Program-made: the position numbers and the translations under genes
Notes under the pieces: generated by a model
Database searches by the model: none
Told to the model about the DNA's origin: nothing
The model's input: the letters and a program-made list of their open reading frames with translations, nothing else
Shown: piece after piece, positions 1 to 12,247 of the stretch
Numbering within the stretch: position 1 is the first letter of the stretch
Layout of the letters: every line of letters starts with the position of its first letter
Assembly: GCA_002633005.1 (NCBI GenBank)
Contig: NMRA01000305.1
Location: 367,110 to 431,109, forward strand
Direction of reading: 5' to 3'
Length of the DNA: 64,000 nt
Origin: Phoronis australis
Taxonomy: Eukaryota > Animalia > Phoronida

Positions 1-3000
1 GGAAATCTCTGCGTGACAGAGTCGACTTTCTCTGTCGTTTCCAGCACTATTTGCCATCAGCTTAAAAACCATGCTAAGTATGATCACAAAGTCCCCAAAT
101 GGCTCTGTTAACCATTGCTAGGTCCATTACAAGATTTTGATAAGTGAATACGTCACGAGTAGTGCCACGTCTTCAATCATTCACGTCAAATGGCAAAAAC
201 TATTCGAGGCGAGTTCCAAGACGCGAATATCGCGAACGAAACTAGTGTGATCGTAGACTATAGATAACATCTTTTTGTTTAAAGTGCCAGGCGATATCTC
301 GCGAACTCTTGAGTGTTCTTGGTTTTTGTTTTAGCATATACCGTATGCAATTCCTAAAAAATGAAATACGCAACTTTTGAACGTACAGAAAATATTTTCT
401 AGTATAACCCCATCCGGGGGTTACTCCTGGTCTGACTCAAGGGCACGGCAGACCAACCTTGAATTCCTAGGGATAACAAATATTTTTTAAACATACCAGG
501 CTTGAAGTAATACCAGAAGAGATGTTATGTTCTCAAAATACGTACAAAATACAGACAGCATTAGACGTCCCAAATACCGCTTCAACTAGAGACGGCCAAC
601 AATTCTTTGGAAATTTAACAATTCCAGCATAACTTTTCAAGGTGAATTCAATTTCAAAAGCCAAACAGATCAGTTTTAGTCTACGGTAGTTTAATTTATT
701 TTAGCAGGCATTTTACTGCCCTGACGTCATCGCTGATATGGTAATTGCTCTCGCTCCACGTGTAAAAAAAACCCAGATTAGTGTTCCCGACAACGAAGCA
801 TTCGGTCTACAACGATCTGTGTTTAAATGTATTGACACACACACAGTTGCGGCACAGTCGAAATTTCTAAAGATTTGTTGAGTTTTGGATAACTTTGTAA
901 ATTAGATTTTTATCTATGCATGATTCATGTGGAGAATTTCTCGCTTACACTGGTGACCGCTCTGATTCCCTAAGCCCCAGACAACTTTTATGATGCCTAT
1001 TCAGCACGCCCTTTGTATTGAAGTAGATCTGAGCTAATGAAGTGGGAAGGTAATTGCTAGCATTACTGTCTCAACAATGGTTGTTGTTAATAACCCCAAT
1101 TTGGTTTTCTCTGACATTTGCAGAGCTATAACCTGCAAATCTGAAGAGTAGTTTTAACTTGTTACAGTACAAATATTACAAAATGACTAAAAAGAAAGAT
1201 TAACTTGTGTTTATCTTCACAAAGGCCTACTTCCCATAGGAAAGGTAAGTTTCATATATTTTTTTTTTAATTTAATTTTAATGCTTCTGCCCACTTGTTT
1301 TTTTTTACCGGGAACGGGTTGATAACTTTATCTAAGTTTTGAACTTCAAGTATCAAAACAGTGGTAGATTTTGATGGGCCATCTAAACTTAATTAGTTAA
1401 GTTCATTGTGAGCCCACCCCTAAACTTTCCACATTACAAGTACATTAAACATTTCACGTGTCATTAAAGTTTATCTTTATTAGAACTCAAATCATAAAAT
1501 ATATACAAAAGTGCAAATATGGTGATAACCAAACTGAAGATTTGGAATCTCTAGACAATTTAGGTGGTACTGGTTATATAACTATTCTAGCTCTTTATCA
1601 AAAATAAAAAATTAAAAGTGGGCACAACTAATGTTTCCTGGTCAAAAATCTGGTTAAACGAGATTGAAAGAATGTTAAAAAATGAATCCAAGTGATATTG
1701 TTAACTCTGATCATCGTTTGTATATCCACCGAGTATATCAATACACGCAGTAGTTTATCTTCAATCGTCAGTACCCAATGGTTGTAGTTTTTAGATTATT
1801 AGTTCACCGATTTTTAAAAATCGAAAACCGTACTTGGTTGTTTTTTCCAGCTGAATACAGCCGTGGTGTTCATTTATAACGAAAATTATTAGTTAATGCA
1901 TTTTGAAAATTCGACATTATATATACAGAGATGTTTAATACAGTTTATGGTCGGATAGTGACATTTAATTGCTCTTGCTCGCATCGGGCAATGTGGTCAT
2001 CACAACTGTACCTGATTCCGGCGCCGCGCTCTCTTTGATCCTGGTACAAGCCGCTCAGAAGGACAAGCGGTGAAAATCCTCTTATCTTTAGAAATGCGTG
2101 ACGTCATTGTAGGCGTATTATTCACGTTATGTTGCAGCTCAGGACATTCCAAATTTTTATGTGAACTTTCGAGCTCCCATGTGTGAACACTTTCATATAG
2201 TATTCAATCAGGAAAGGCAACCACGAAAATTGTTTGGAAAAAGGCACCTACCTTTTCGTAGAGAAGCTGATAGTGAGAAAGTCAACAGTGAGTTGGTGTG
2301 ATACATCCTCAATACCTGTGGGAGTACCCCCCTTCTCCCAACATCTGTGTACCTGGGAGGTTCACAAGCTTACTAGGTAACTTCGTACTCCTGAATAAGG
2401 CCTTACTACTTATCCAGAGGATGAAACTTGTTATCCAAACCAGGCATGCACCACTATGTAAGTCCTACGCCTGGGAGTAACCTAGCTACCCCCCGGAGAA
2501 ATATGTGTTGAATGGCATGGCAGTTAACAACACTCTACGTCTGGTAAAGTCACTGAACGGAAAAACCCCGTCATGTCTGAGGTCGACAGCACTGTTTGAG
2601 GCAAGCCAATGAAGCAGGCGATTTCCTAAAAATAATTCCAAGTGTATTTTAGAATATTTAAATTCTACAATACCTTTATAACTAATCTTAACTTAAACAG
2701 TTAGGACTTGAATCGGACTGGTTGCTGTTTGAAGTCGCCATTGTTTTGTTTACAATAAAAGTCACATTTCGTATGTAATGGAAATATGCTAAGTCTATAT
2801 TTTGTCATACTAAATATGGAGACATGCTTTGTCTCGTGGAAAATTCAACGAAATTACGAACAGTTGACAGATGTTTTTTTGGAATTTGAAACTAAAAGAA
2901 AAGGGCTTTGACATCAACAGAAATTCATTGTTACGAACAAACTGTAAAAATACATAGGGACTAGGTTAAATAATTCTGCAAAATCCACGTTAAATTTTGT

Positions 3001-4255
3001 TTCAGCGACTGTGAAGCACTTTGCATTATGCATATTTAGTCTGTTTTTCGCGTTCCACGTTCCAGACCTCATTAGACAGAAATCTGGTCTTTCGGCTGTC
3101 ACTTTTTATGCAATTGCTAAACCAAGTTTTAGTCAAGTAACTATAGCTCATCACAGTCTAGAACTAATTTATAGAAATCTCCTCAGTAACTAGCAGCTAT
3201 GCGATATCTCGCAAAGTCTTGAGCGTTCTAGCGTTTTCTTTTAGCGAAGTTTTTGCAACTTCGGAACACAAGCTCGATATAGCCGGCGCACATCCAAGGT
3301 GCATACTTAGTATGAAAGAGCATTTTGTTGGACATTTTATTTAGCGTTTGAGAGAAGAAACAATTCAAGTTCTAAATTACCCGGTAGCACAATTTTTAAC
3401 TTTTTAAAGACGCTAGTGTTAAGTTCCCGGATGTCGCGTGCAACCTGAATCGCATAAAGCTTTCTTTATTAATTGATGCCATACTTTAATTTGAAGTTTC
3501 ACAAACTATTTATTTCCTTGTATCCAAAGTCTCTGTGTACAATTCTTTGTAAAGTGCATTCAACATACGTTCTTAAATAAACTCGTATTATATTCTATTC
3601 CACTGTACATGTGCTTTTTCTGTTGTTATTCATGTTTTTCTATTATCTATTTAATTTATCCCGTACGCGTTGATCTGTCGAGGGAAATACGGCCATGTAA
3701 TAAAGTTTTTCCGTATTCACCTCCCGCACTACTTCAACAGTGACCTCTGACAGGGAAAGTTCAAAAGGTAGGTCAATGTCGACTCGACGTCGTTAGCAGG
3801 TTCGATCACCAAACTTTCGGAAAATAGTTTAAAGTAATACAATAGTAGCAGCGTAAATAACGCTTAACATACAATCAGGTCTCAATCGTAACATCTGGAA
3901 CAAGACTGTTAATTATATGTCAGTTCTGTCACAGTTTTCATTTGCTAAATATTTTATCGTCTGCAACTCAGGTGCTGATTCCTCTGTAACTACAATATCA
4001 AATATTGTTGTTATTTAGCTATTTTCAGGAGATGTTACAAATTCAATGAAAATTTAACCTCATTTTCATCTTTGTTGTCTCTTTTCAAGTAATAAATCGT
4101 CACATTTAAAACTGTTTCTTTTACTAGAGAAAAGTTGCAACCTAACGCGCAAGTACATACATATAGGATGTGATCCGCCACGTGAACAGTCTGAGTGAAG
4201 AATTCAAAAAAGCTGCGGAAATAATGAAAGAAACTTAGGAATTCGAAGCGTACGG

Positions 4256-4393
4256 GATAAATACAAAACGTACCTCGATTGGCGTACATGAAGTAATATC
4301 GCACTCGACATTATTCCGTCTCGGTCAATACGCGGAATGTCTCGTGGATATTACTTCATGTACGCCACTCTCGGTACGCTTTGTGTATGTATC
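4256..4393. repeat. long imperfect palindrome
   Basis: Arms include the 20-bp perfect pair GGCGTACATGAAGTAATATC/GATATTACTTCATGTACGCC. Confidence 0.8.
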
Positions 4394-5400
4394 GTTACTC
4401 GGTGGTCAGCTATTAGCGGCCCGTACCTTTGCTGGCCGATCAGTCATATAACAATGTATGTTTTTATATAATTAAAAAAAACAAAGTTTGTTTCTCTATA
4501 AAAGGAGCGATACTTGAAATTAAGCATTTAAGGTTGAGAGCTGTGTTCACTTGATTTTTCACAACTTGAAAGGCACAAACATGACGGGCCTTTCGCCGAA
4601 TTTGTTGACATTGGTGTTTTAATTATTTCTATGCTGCCTCTCTACCTCTCTCTGCCTCTCTGGGAATCAACTACAGCCACGGCAATGGCAAGAGATGACG
4701 AATTACAGACAAATCAGACTATAGCTATGGCCCCTAATGTTAATTGATTTTTTTACGTTTGCCTCTATATCTTAGGATTTTGTTAGCTTATTTTCATGAA
4801 ATTCTGCAAATAGTTATGTTTTGCAGAGATGGCGCCACCATCTCAATTCGAAATGGCTTTGACGCAATATGCGACATCTAATGGCTATTCTTATAATTGT
4901 AAACATACCCATTGAAGCACACCTTTTGAAGTGCTATCTTGGGCGCATTTCAACGCTCCGCGTTGCTCTTGCTGACATCTGTTTTTAAATCTACTTAACC
5001 CCTTGCAAGGTGTGTGTAGTCCTATTTTATTTAAACTCGACAACAATTGGACCACTGCTGTGCCTCCAATTGCAAATTTCATCTTTTTTTCTCAAAAAGT
5101 CAGTTACGCCTGTCTCTATCTTCAGAGTTCCTTTGCGGATCATTAAATTTTATCGGATAGTTTTCTTAGAGAGAAGACGACGCCTTGCTTTGGATAGGTT
5201 CACTGTATTCTGTGTCGTTTTAAAGTATCCAAGGCACCCCACTGTGTCGAGCTGGGTTAACCCAACAAAGAAGCTGTTGAAGTGCTTCAATGTATCCTAA
5301 CTGTGATCACGTGGGTTTCGACAGCACACAGTAGAATCAGTGCAGACGTATTTTCCTCACTGGTGGCTCTGTCATCACTGAATAAAATGTCAGTAGAAAA

Positions 5401-5720
5401 ATGTCAGAACACTTTTCTCCTGAGGAAAAGGTTTCCTCACAGAACTGACTCCAGAAAAAAATGACGTCATAGATGGAGAGCAAGAAAAGTGACGCTAAAA
5501 CAAGTCAACGGGAGCAACAGTCCTTAGTGGGACAATATGGCTCCAGACTGGGTAAACAGTTCCTGCCAATTCGAAAAAACGCAACCTTAAACAGTTAAAG
5601 GACATTTGGAAGCTGAGTGGAACGAGGGAAGTGGTACGGTCGTCCGAAGAGATGAGATCACAGAAACAGTTTTATAAAGGTACTGACTTTTGAGAGCGAC
5701 TGATGAAATATAGCTTTTAT
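5401..5720 (+). pseudogene. decayed Myb/SANT-like (MSANTD3/Harbinger ORF1 type) DNA-binding protein
   Basis: Frameshifted pieces read SEHFSPEEKV-FLTEL..MESKKSDAKTSQREQQ-WDNMA...KRNLKQLKDIWK, the trihelix Myb/SANT pattern. Confidence 0.55.
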
Positions 5721-6719
5721 CCCTTGAATACTACATCGGTTGGCGTCCGACAATGAGTCGGCCGATGCGATCGAGAATAACAAGAAATATTTGTTACAAG
5801 GAATCTTCAGCTGTCGGTCCTCCTCTAGCCACGCGTTTCCGCAGCCTGCAGCGCGCAAGCGGCTTCGTGCAAGCCGAGATGTCGTGTCCTGACTTTATTG
5901 GCTTCCTATATGTATATCAGTACTGGAAGGTGACTGACAGAGGTGAGACGGAGTTGACAGATGATGAGCGGTGTCGCTTCAGCAGTGCGCATAGTGCAGT
6001 ACCTGGTATCAATGAGATATATATGTGGCTCATTGCCTCGGACTATGAAACACCCAGTGGGACTTCCTAAGTATAAGTCCATCATGATGAGCGCAATGCG
6101 GGACGACAGTGATGCATTGCCGTGAGCCGGTGGGGCGGCGAACCATGGAGGGCTGGGAGACTATAGCCCCCACTTTTTTCAGTGCTGCGCTGCCCGTGGT
6201 CTATAGGCGGTGCACCACAGGGTGGCCAGGGTACCGTGCCTTAGCCCGCACATATTTCATTAGTACTGCTCCGCCAACTATAGTGTTATTCTCGATCGGT
6301 TCTGGAAAAGTATTAGCCAGGCGACATCAAAATGGGATTAAAAGTAAAATGGAGATATCGTTTAATCTACCCAATTCTCCAGTGTGCGCAAGTTCAAATC
6401 GAAAACCGTGGACGGCAGTGACGGTTTCGTGCCCGCGGTTCGGCACCTCTCTGTCTGACCGCAGACTTACAGTATATTCGGCGGGTCTATCATGAAATTA
6501 TCCTTGATACATGCAGCACACTCTTACGGTAAGAAGTGGAACTGACTATGTCTCTGCATGTCCTGCAATAACCTGGTCCTGCAATATCTAATTTCCTAAA
6601 AATATTGATCTTATTAATATGGCTCCGAAAGTATATTTATGTTGACATGGTTCTTGCAAGAATAAATTTGGAATAGTCGAGGTGCGTTTCTGATGAGAAT
6701 TATTCACTTATTGATTTGA

Positions 6720-6750
6720 GTTACCATGGTGGCACATGTGGTCACGTGAT
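6720..6750 (+). promoter_or_regulatory. X-box-like motif plus E-box; candidate promoter for the non-coding first exon of the + gene
   Basis: GTTACCATGGTGGC followed by GTCACGTGAT; donor-like sites at 6781 and 6905. The ATG exon has an acceptor, so an upstream exon is required. Confidence 0.35.
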
Positions 6751-7511
6751 CCGGAGAACTGCCGCTAGGAGTGTTAGCAGGTGCGCGATGGAGGATGTCT
6801 TTCTGAATTTTTGTTTTCATGTTGAAGGGATGAAACGAAGATTAATCTGTTAACGTAGAAGACTACCACACGAATAGTGCGTAATTATACTCAAGTTGAT
6901 ATAAGTAAGTACTGAATTATTAGAACGATACATAAACACTGATAGTGTCTACAAGGCAACACACGAGACCACGGGCACGGCACGGTCGATCCTTCAAATA
7001 AAAAAACTTAAAAAAGAGCGTCCGTACAACATTCATGACGACACATAATGTCATAAACGTATATCAGTGGCAACTGACCAAGGCTTGGTAATACATTCTC
7101 TAACTGCTTCGACATCACGTTTGCTTATTTAAAAGATATGAAGTGGTAATAACCTGAAAAGTGTTATCCACAGTTTCCACAGTTCAGTTGACCTTAGTTT
7201 ACCTTGATTATAGTTATTCAACTCATTGGCGTCCTCAGCTTCTGATCGTCCACAATACACTATATAATTCTACAAGGTATGACACTCCCGACTAGAAATT
7301 ACACGGGTGATTCACTTCAGTCGTCCATAGCAAACACAGAACTCAATAAATTTACACAAAACAGAGGTTCAACAAACCATGAGGAATTGTTCTTTCTCCC
7401 AATACCATTTACGGTGTCCTGCTTCACCCAGTTTGCAAGAAATTCGCGGTCAAAGCACAAAAATCTTCCCAAAAAGCCTGTCTGGAGCAACTCTGTAAAT
7501 CAAAGGTCAAA

Positions 7512-7638
7512 GACGATACGGAATTATCCGATGAGTTACGGATGAACTGCAATAGCCGATTTGTCACGGAAAGTTACGAAATCGTGACAATCGGCAATTG
7601 CCGTTCATTCGTAACTCATCGGATAATTCCGTATGGTC
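7512..7638. repeat. ~127-bp near-perfect palindrome (fold-back MITE-like)
   Basis: ATACGGAATTATCCGATGAGTTACG...CGTAACTCATCGGATAATTCCGTAT; arms ~55 bp with few mismatches. Confidence 0.88.
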
Positions 7639-10600
7639 CTATTCAGTGATCACCTGGTTCTCAGGCTCCACTATATCCGACCAGTGCCCCACTGAATACT
7701 ACTATATGCTAGTTTTAGGACATGAGAGCTCTGATTAATTGAGATGCCTTTAGTGTCAATAAAATGTAGAATTAGTAATAACTGCCCATTGGGAAGGGAT
7801 TTAAATAAGGTTTGTGGCACAACACTGTCAAAAGTCACGTGATAACAATTCTTCTCTTTCCGTGGATCATGCGCACAGTTTAGAGTTAAACTCGGGATCT
7901 TCAGCGTGCCATTGCTACTTAAGCGTCCAAACTTATACACCAATTGGCAACTGATTTAGGGCTCTGGAATGACACAGCCGGAAGTCACGATAAAAAATCA
8001 GATGGTCAACCAAACAGAAATGAAACTAACTTTCCAACTGACAAAGGGTCGCAGTGAAGTACAGTATACAGTTGTGAACTGAGTCCGACTATTAACGACT
8101 GAGAAATCTTATTGTGTAAGGTGATTGTGAAAGTGTTTTCTCTAATAATTCGTACACTCTAGTAGTCAGTACACCACCCTTGAAACATTGTATTTCTCTC
8201 TAATAGTTCGTACAGTAGGTGTCCGAAAGAAAAATAGTTCATACACATATTTGCGTCGGAAAAATAATTCGTACACTCTTTTTGGATCTAGTTAAAATGG
8301 CAGTTGGTATTCTTTAGAGAACACAAATTAATAAGCGTCAATTCTATTCGGGTAATCAGAATCCGTGGTTTGCTATACTACGCTAGTATAGAGCTCGAAA
8401 AGTCATTTGTTAGATCGCCATTTTTGGCGACAGCAAACGTGAAAATTGCGATAAAATTTTCCACTGTGTCACTAAATGGCCGTAAAAATGTCATAACAGC
8501 GGATTTTCCCAGAAAGGCTCTTGCCCTTAGATTAGTCCTTCGCGAATAAATTTACGAAATTGCGGAGTAATTGTACCATGCCTTCTTGCGGTCTTGTTAG
8601 AACTGATTCCGACGACTAGTTCACAGACGACCAGTAACTATGCAATTCTGCACTTGGATTACAGCCCAGTGAGGCACACTGTCCCTTTGGTCGCCACACA
8701 TCCTCGATAACCCAGCAATAATACAGTTCGAGAAAACTAGGAAGTCGGGGGAATTTCGTCAAAATAGGGAAAATTTGACACCATTCCTTGAAGTATGGGA
8801 ATTCTCAAAATCCGAGAGCTTCCCACCTAAATCGAATTGGGAGGGTTGGCAAAACCACTGTCATGATTTATCTATTGTACTGTTTTTGGAAACTCAGTGC
8901 AGTATACAGCATCGCTCAAAGCGGAGATATTGAAGCCAGCGTGGTTCATGAAGTTTGCGAGCGTGGGAAAAAAATTGTGACAAAGCGTTCAATTATTGTA
9001 TTTTGAAGTAAATCCATCACCTGGGAAAATAATTTGTTATTTGTAATATAATTCACCTTGCCAAACCACCGTCTCGGAGGCTGTGGTTGCACTCGTTTTT
9101 ATCAATGATCTTTATCTCTAATTATTCGAATGCTTGACTTTCATCTCTACTAGTTCATATGGCCACTTTTGTCTCAATTAATTGGGATATGAAGTTCTTA
9201 GGGGAAAATAGTTTGTACATTAGTGTACAAACTATTAGTTTAGAGAAATCATCGTATATTTATATTAAAGTACCATCACTGTCCACAGGTGCTATTTTTG
9301 AAGATTTTCTTGTAGGAATCCCCATTTAGATTCTAAATACACTGTTCACGGTTCCACATCAAGATTTGTCACCATCCTAGCCTAGGCTACTTGATATACC
9401 CGTAACATTAATTTTGTGGATAAGTTTTGTAGAATTGAAACTGCGAGCCAAAGATCTAACAGATACAGTTGGTGAATTTGTTCTCTGTCGAAAACACTTG
9501 ATAACTTATTGTAAGTCTCTTTCACAGCAAAAATTCATAGCGGGTGAATTTTGGGCCAGTAGTATGTAGTTTTCTAAATTCTTTATTATATCGTTTGGAG
9601 TATCGGGAGATGCTTTTATTCTTTCATCAAGTTTCACTTTAAAAAGCCGAAGGCCCCACAATGATTATGGCATTCATTTTGTTTGCTTCACCTCAAAACA
9701 GGGCGCTACTTGGTGCTATAAATGACTAATCCAGCGGACAAGTAATCAGTTCATCATGCGTTTTTCATCTCAAACGGCATAAAACAAAAATAGTACAAAT
9801 CAAACGACATTTTAAAGACCTTTTCACAGTAAAAGCTATGATAGCATTTCTTTTGAAATCAGATAGTTGTGAAGAGAATTGTGTTTTATGGGAATTTCTT
9901 ACATCAGGAAGTCTGTCAATTAAATTATTACGACAAAGGGTGATATGAAAATGTATTTCTTTCATGACAAATATCAAATTTCCTTTGACTCTTAAGATCT
10001 ATTTTTAGCTTGAGGAAGTTAACTACAAACCGGTAGGGGTCCATCTTAATTATTTATTTTGCATTTGTTTTGAAGTTTAAGGCTTAAAGGTAATCAAGTT
10101 CTAAAGGAGTCCATAGTTCTCAAGGAAAGGGTGTGGTCAAACATTTACTTCGTAAACGGACAATAGCTTGTAAAATTGTCTTGGGTCTGGCTGGATTATC
10201 TCCACATGTGGTATTTTAAGACAAAAAGGCATGACCTTGTAATATCAGACATCAAAGCAGTGTCAAGGGATGATTGAATTTGATTTGCTATGCTTATCTT
10301 CCACGCAAATTGTCTCTTTGCCAAATTATTTTTAAACAAATTATTTTTGAACAGACTCGCAAAATCTAGTCGATTTCCATGAATGGCAGCAATGTGAGCC
10401 GACGTGTGGACGATCTCTGGAAGTGACCACAATGAATGTCAAAATCGCACCTGTCCCAATCATCTGCTTAAATTTGGGTGTCCCTATTTTCAGAGAATAT
10501 CATACTGGAGAATTTTTACCATATTATCAACTTTTTCAGTTGATTTGTATGAAAATGAAATAAATTATTGATAAAAGCAAGAATTCTTCAAATGGGAAAG

Positions 10601-10643
10601 AGGACGCAAAAATGCGAACACTGTAAGTCTGACCATCTGAATC

Positions 10644-10974
10644 CAGGGCTTGGAATTTTCATTTTTTAAGAGGATTTCCTCTTTTTTAGTTTCATTTCCT
10701 CAGGTATTTGATTTCCAGTTTCCTTTTTTCCTCTCTTTTCATCATTATTTTGACTTCATTCATGTGAACATGTTTATTTCAGTTAAATTTTATCCCTCAA
10801 AAATACCTCGATCACACAAGCCTTTTTATTTGTGGAACATGTGAACATGTTTATTTCATTTAAATTTTATCCCTCAAAAATATCTCGATCACACAAGCCT
10901 ATTTATTTGTCACGGTGGAACAATGGATCACATGGAATATTTACGTTTTTTGTCGTTGGTCATTCTAAGCCCTG
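10644..10974. mobile_element. hAT-like MITE with 6-bp TSD (copy 1)
   Basis: TIR CAGGGCTTGGAAT...ATTCTAAGCCCTG, TSD TGAATC/TGAATC, internal ~78-bp tandem duplication. Confidence 0.85.
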
Positions 10975-11695
10975 TGAATCACTGTTGTATTAGTTTTGTT
11001 GCCTGTTATTGGTATCTTTGATCAAGTCAAATAGCAAATTGCTATATAATGGTGCTAGGACTAAAAATCGGCTGGTGACTTGGGTCACTGAGCGTAATTA
11101 TCAGAATGCAAAAGTGAGAGAACGCAGCCCACCCATACCAGTTGACATTTTGGGAACAATGTCCATGGTCTTTAGTTGCGTAAAAGTCCGTGCAGGTGCA
11201 CTCCTCTAGTTTGAAGTATTGTGAGTTTTTATTTCATAGACAAAGTTCAATATGGTCCAAAGTAAAGTATGCTAAAAATGCTGTCGATAGGTAGCATTTC
11301 CCCTTTCATTGATCTTTCAGTGTGTTTTGCAACATCTGTGAAAAGTAGAGTTCAGCTCTCGGTGGGACTTCCGTACCCTTTTGGGTTGGCATCAACTACG
11401 TTTAAACGGGTGAGATATTGAGGAGAGCATCTGAAATTTTGGGACTGAGCATCTCATTGAACATGGGCAACGTATGGTGTGAACCTGAATAGATATATGG
11501 TATTACTGATTATAAATTTACTAGCTGAGCTGCACACACTTACTGACACAATGGGGAAATTATCCGTTTCCAGAAGATTTGACTTAGCTCATCAAGTGCT
11601 CCTGTAATCATCTGGATGAGTGACAATGTCCGTCATCTTAATGATATACTGACACGTGTTTCTCCTTATTTCAGTCTTAAATTTTGCTGAACGCA

Positions 11696-12247
11696 ATGGG
11701 TGACAAAGACACCACAGGGGAGACAAAATCGAAAAGCATCTTGAAGAAAAGTATACTGAAGAGTCGACCTCCGGAGGACGTGAGTGAGAATGTCCCTCCA
11801 GATGGTGCTGGGAGTGCTGCACCTCTGGACGCTACTGGTCTCGGGGAGGGAACAAAGTCTGTACAGTCTGACAATAAGAACACTCAGTCTGAGGGTGAAA
11901 GTTCAAAACCTGTAAAGAAAAGTATATTAAAAACTAATCCGCCTACTGACGTTGGCCAATCAGGAGAGGGCACAACGACTGAGGAGCCAGTCAAAAAGAA
12001 AAGCATTCTTAAGATGGCTCCTAGACAGGAGGATCCCCAGGTAAATGAAGATCACCATGGTGACGCAGTGCAGGTAGTGCCACCTGAAGGAAAGGAGGAC
12101 AGTCGTGATGTAAGTAAACAAGATTTCAACCAAGGTGTGTCAACTGCAGAAAAGGTGGAAAAGAAAAGGCCGAAGAAAACTAGGAGGGAAAAGTCAAATG
12201 TTAGCAAAACATCACGGGAGTCGACATTTAATGAAGATTTGGCGAAG
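11696..12247 (+). CDS. TSGA13-like gene, coding exon 1 (MGDKDTTG...EDLAK), low-complexity with 4 KSILK motifs
   Basis: Acceptor tttcag ends at 11674, ATG at 11696, donor AAG|gtaagt at 12248; 184 codons, phase 0. Confidence 0.8.

Noticed and set aside
8130-9256. Recurring TCTCTAATA(A/G)TTCGTACA motifs suggesting a large MITE with nested inserts
   Set aside because: Ends and TSD could not be defined with confidence.
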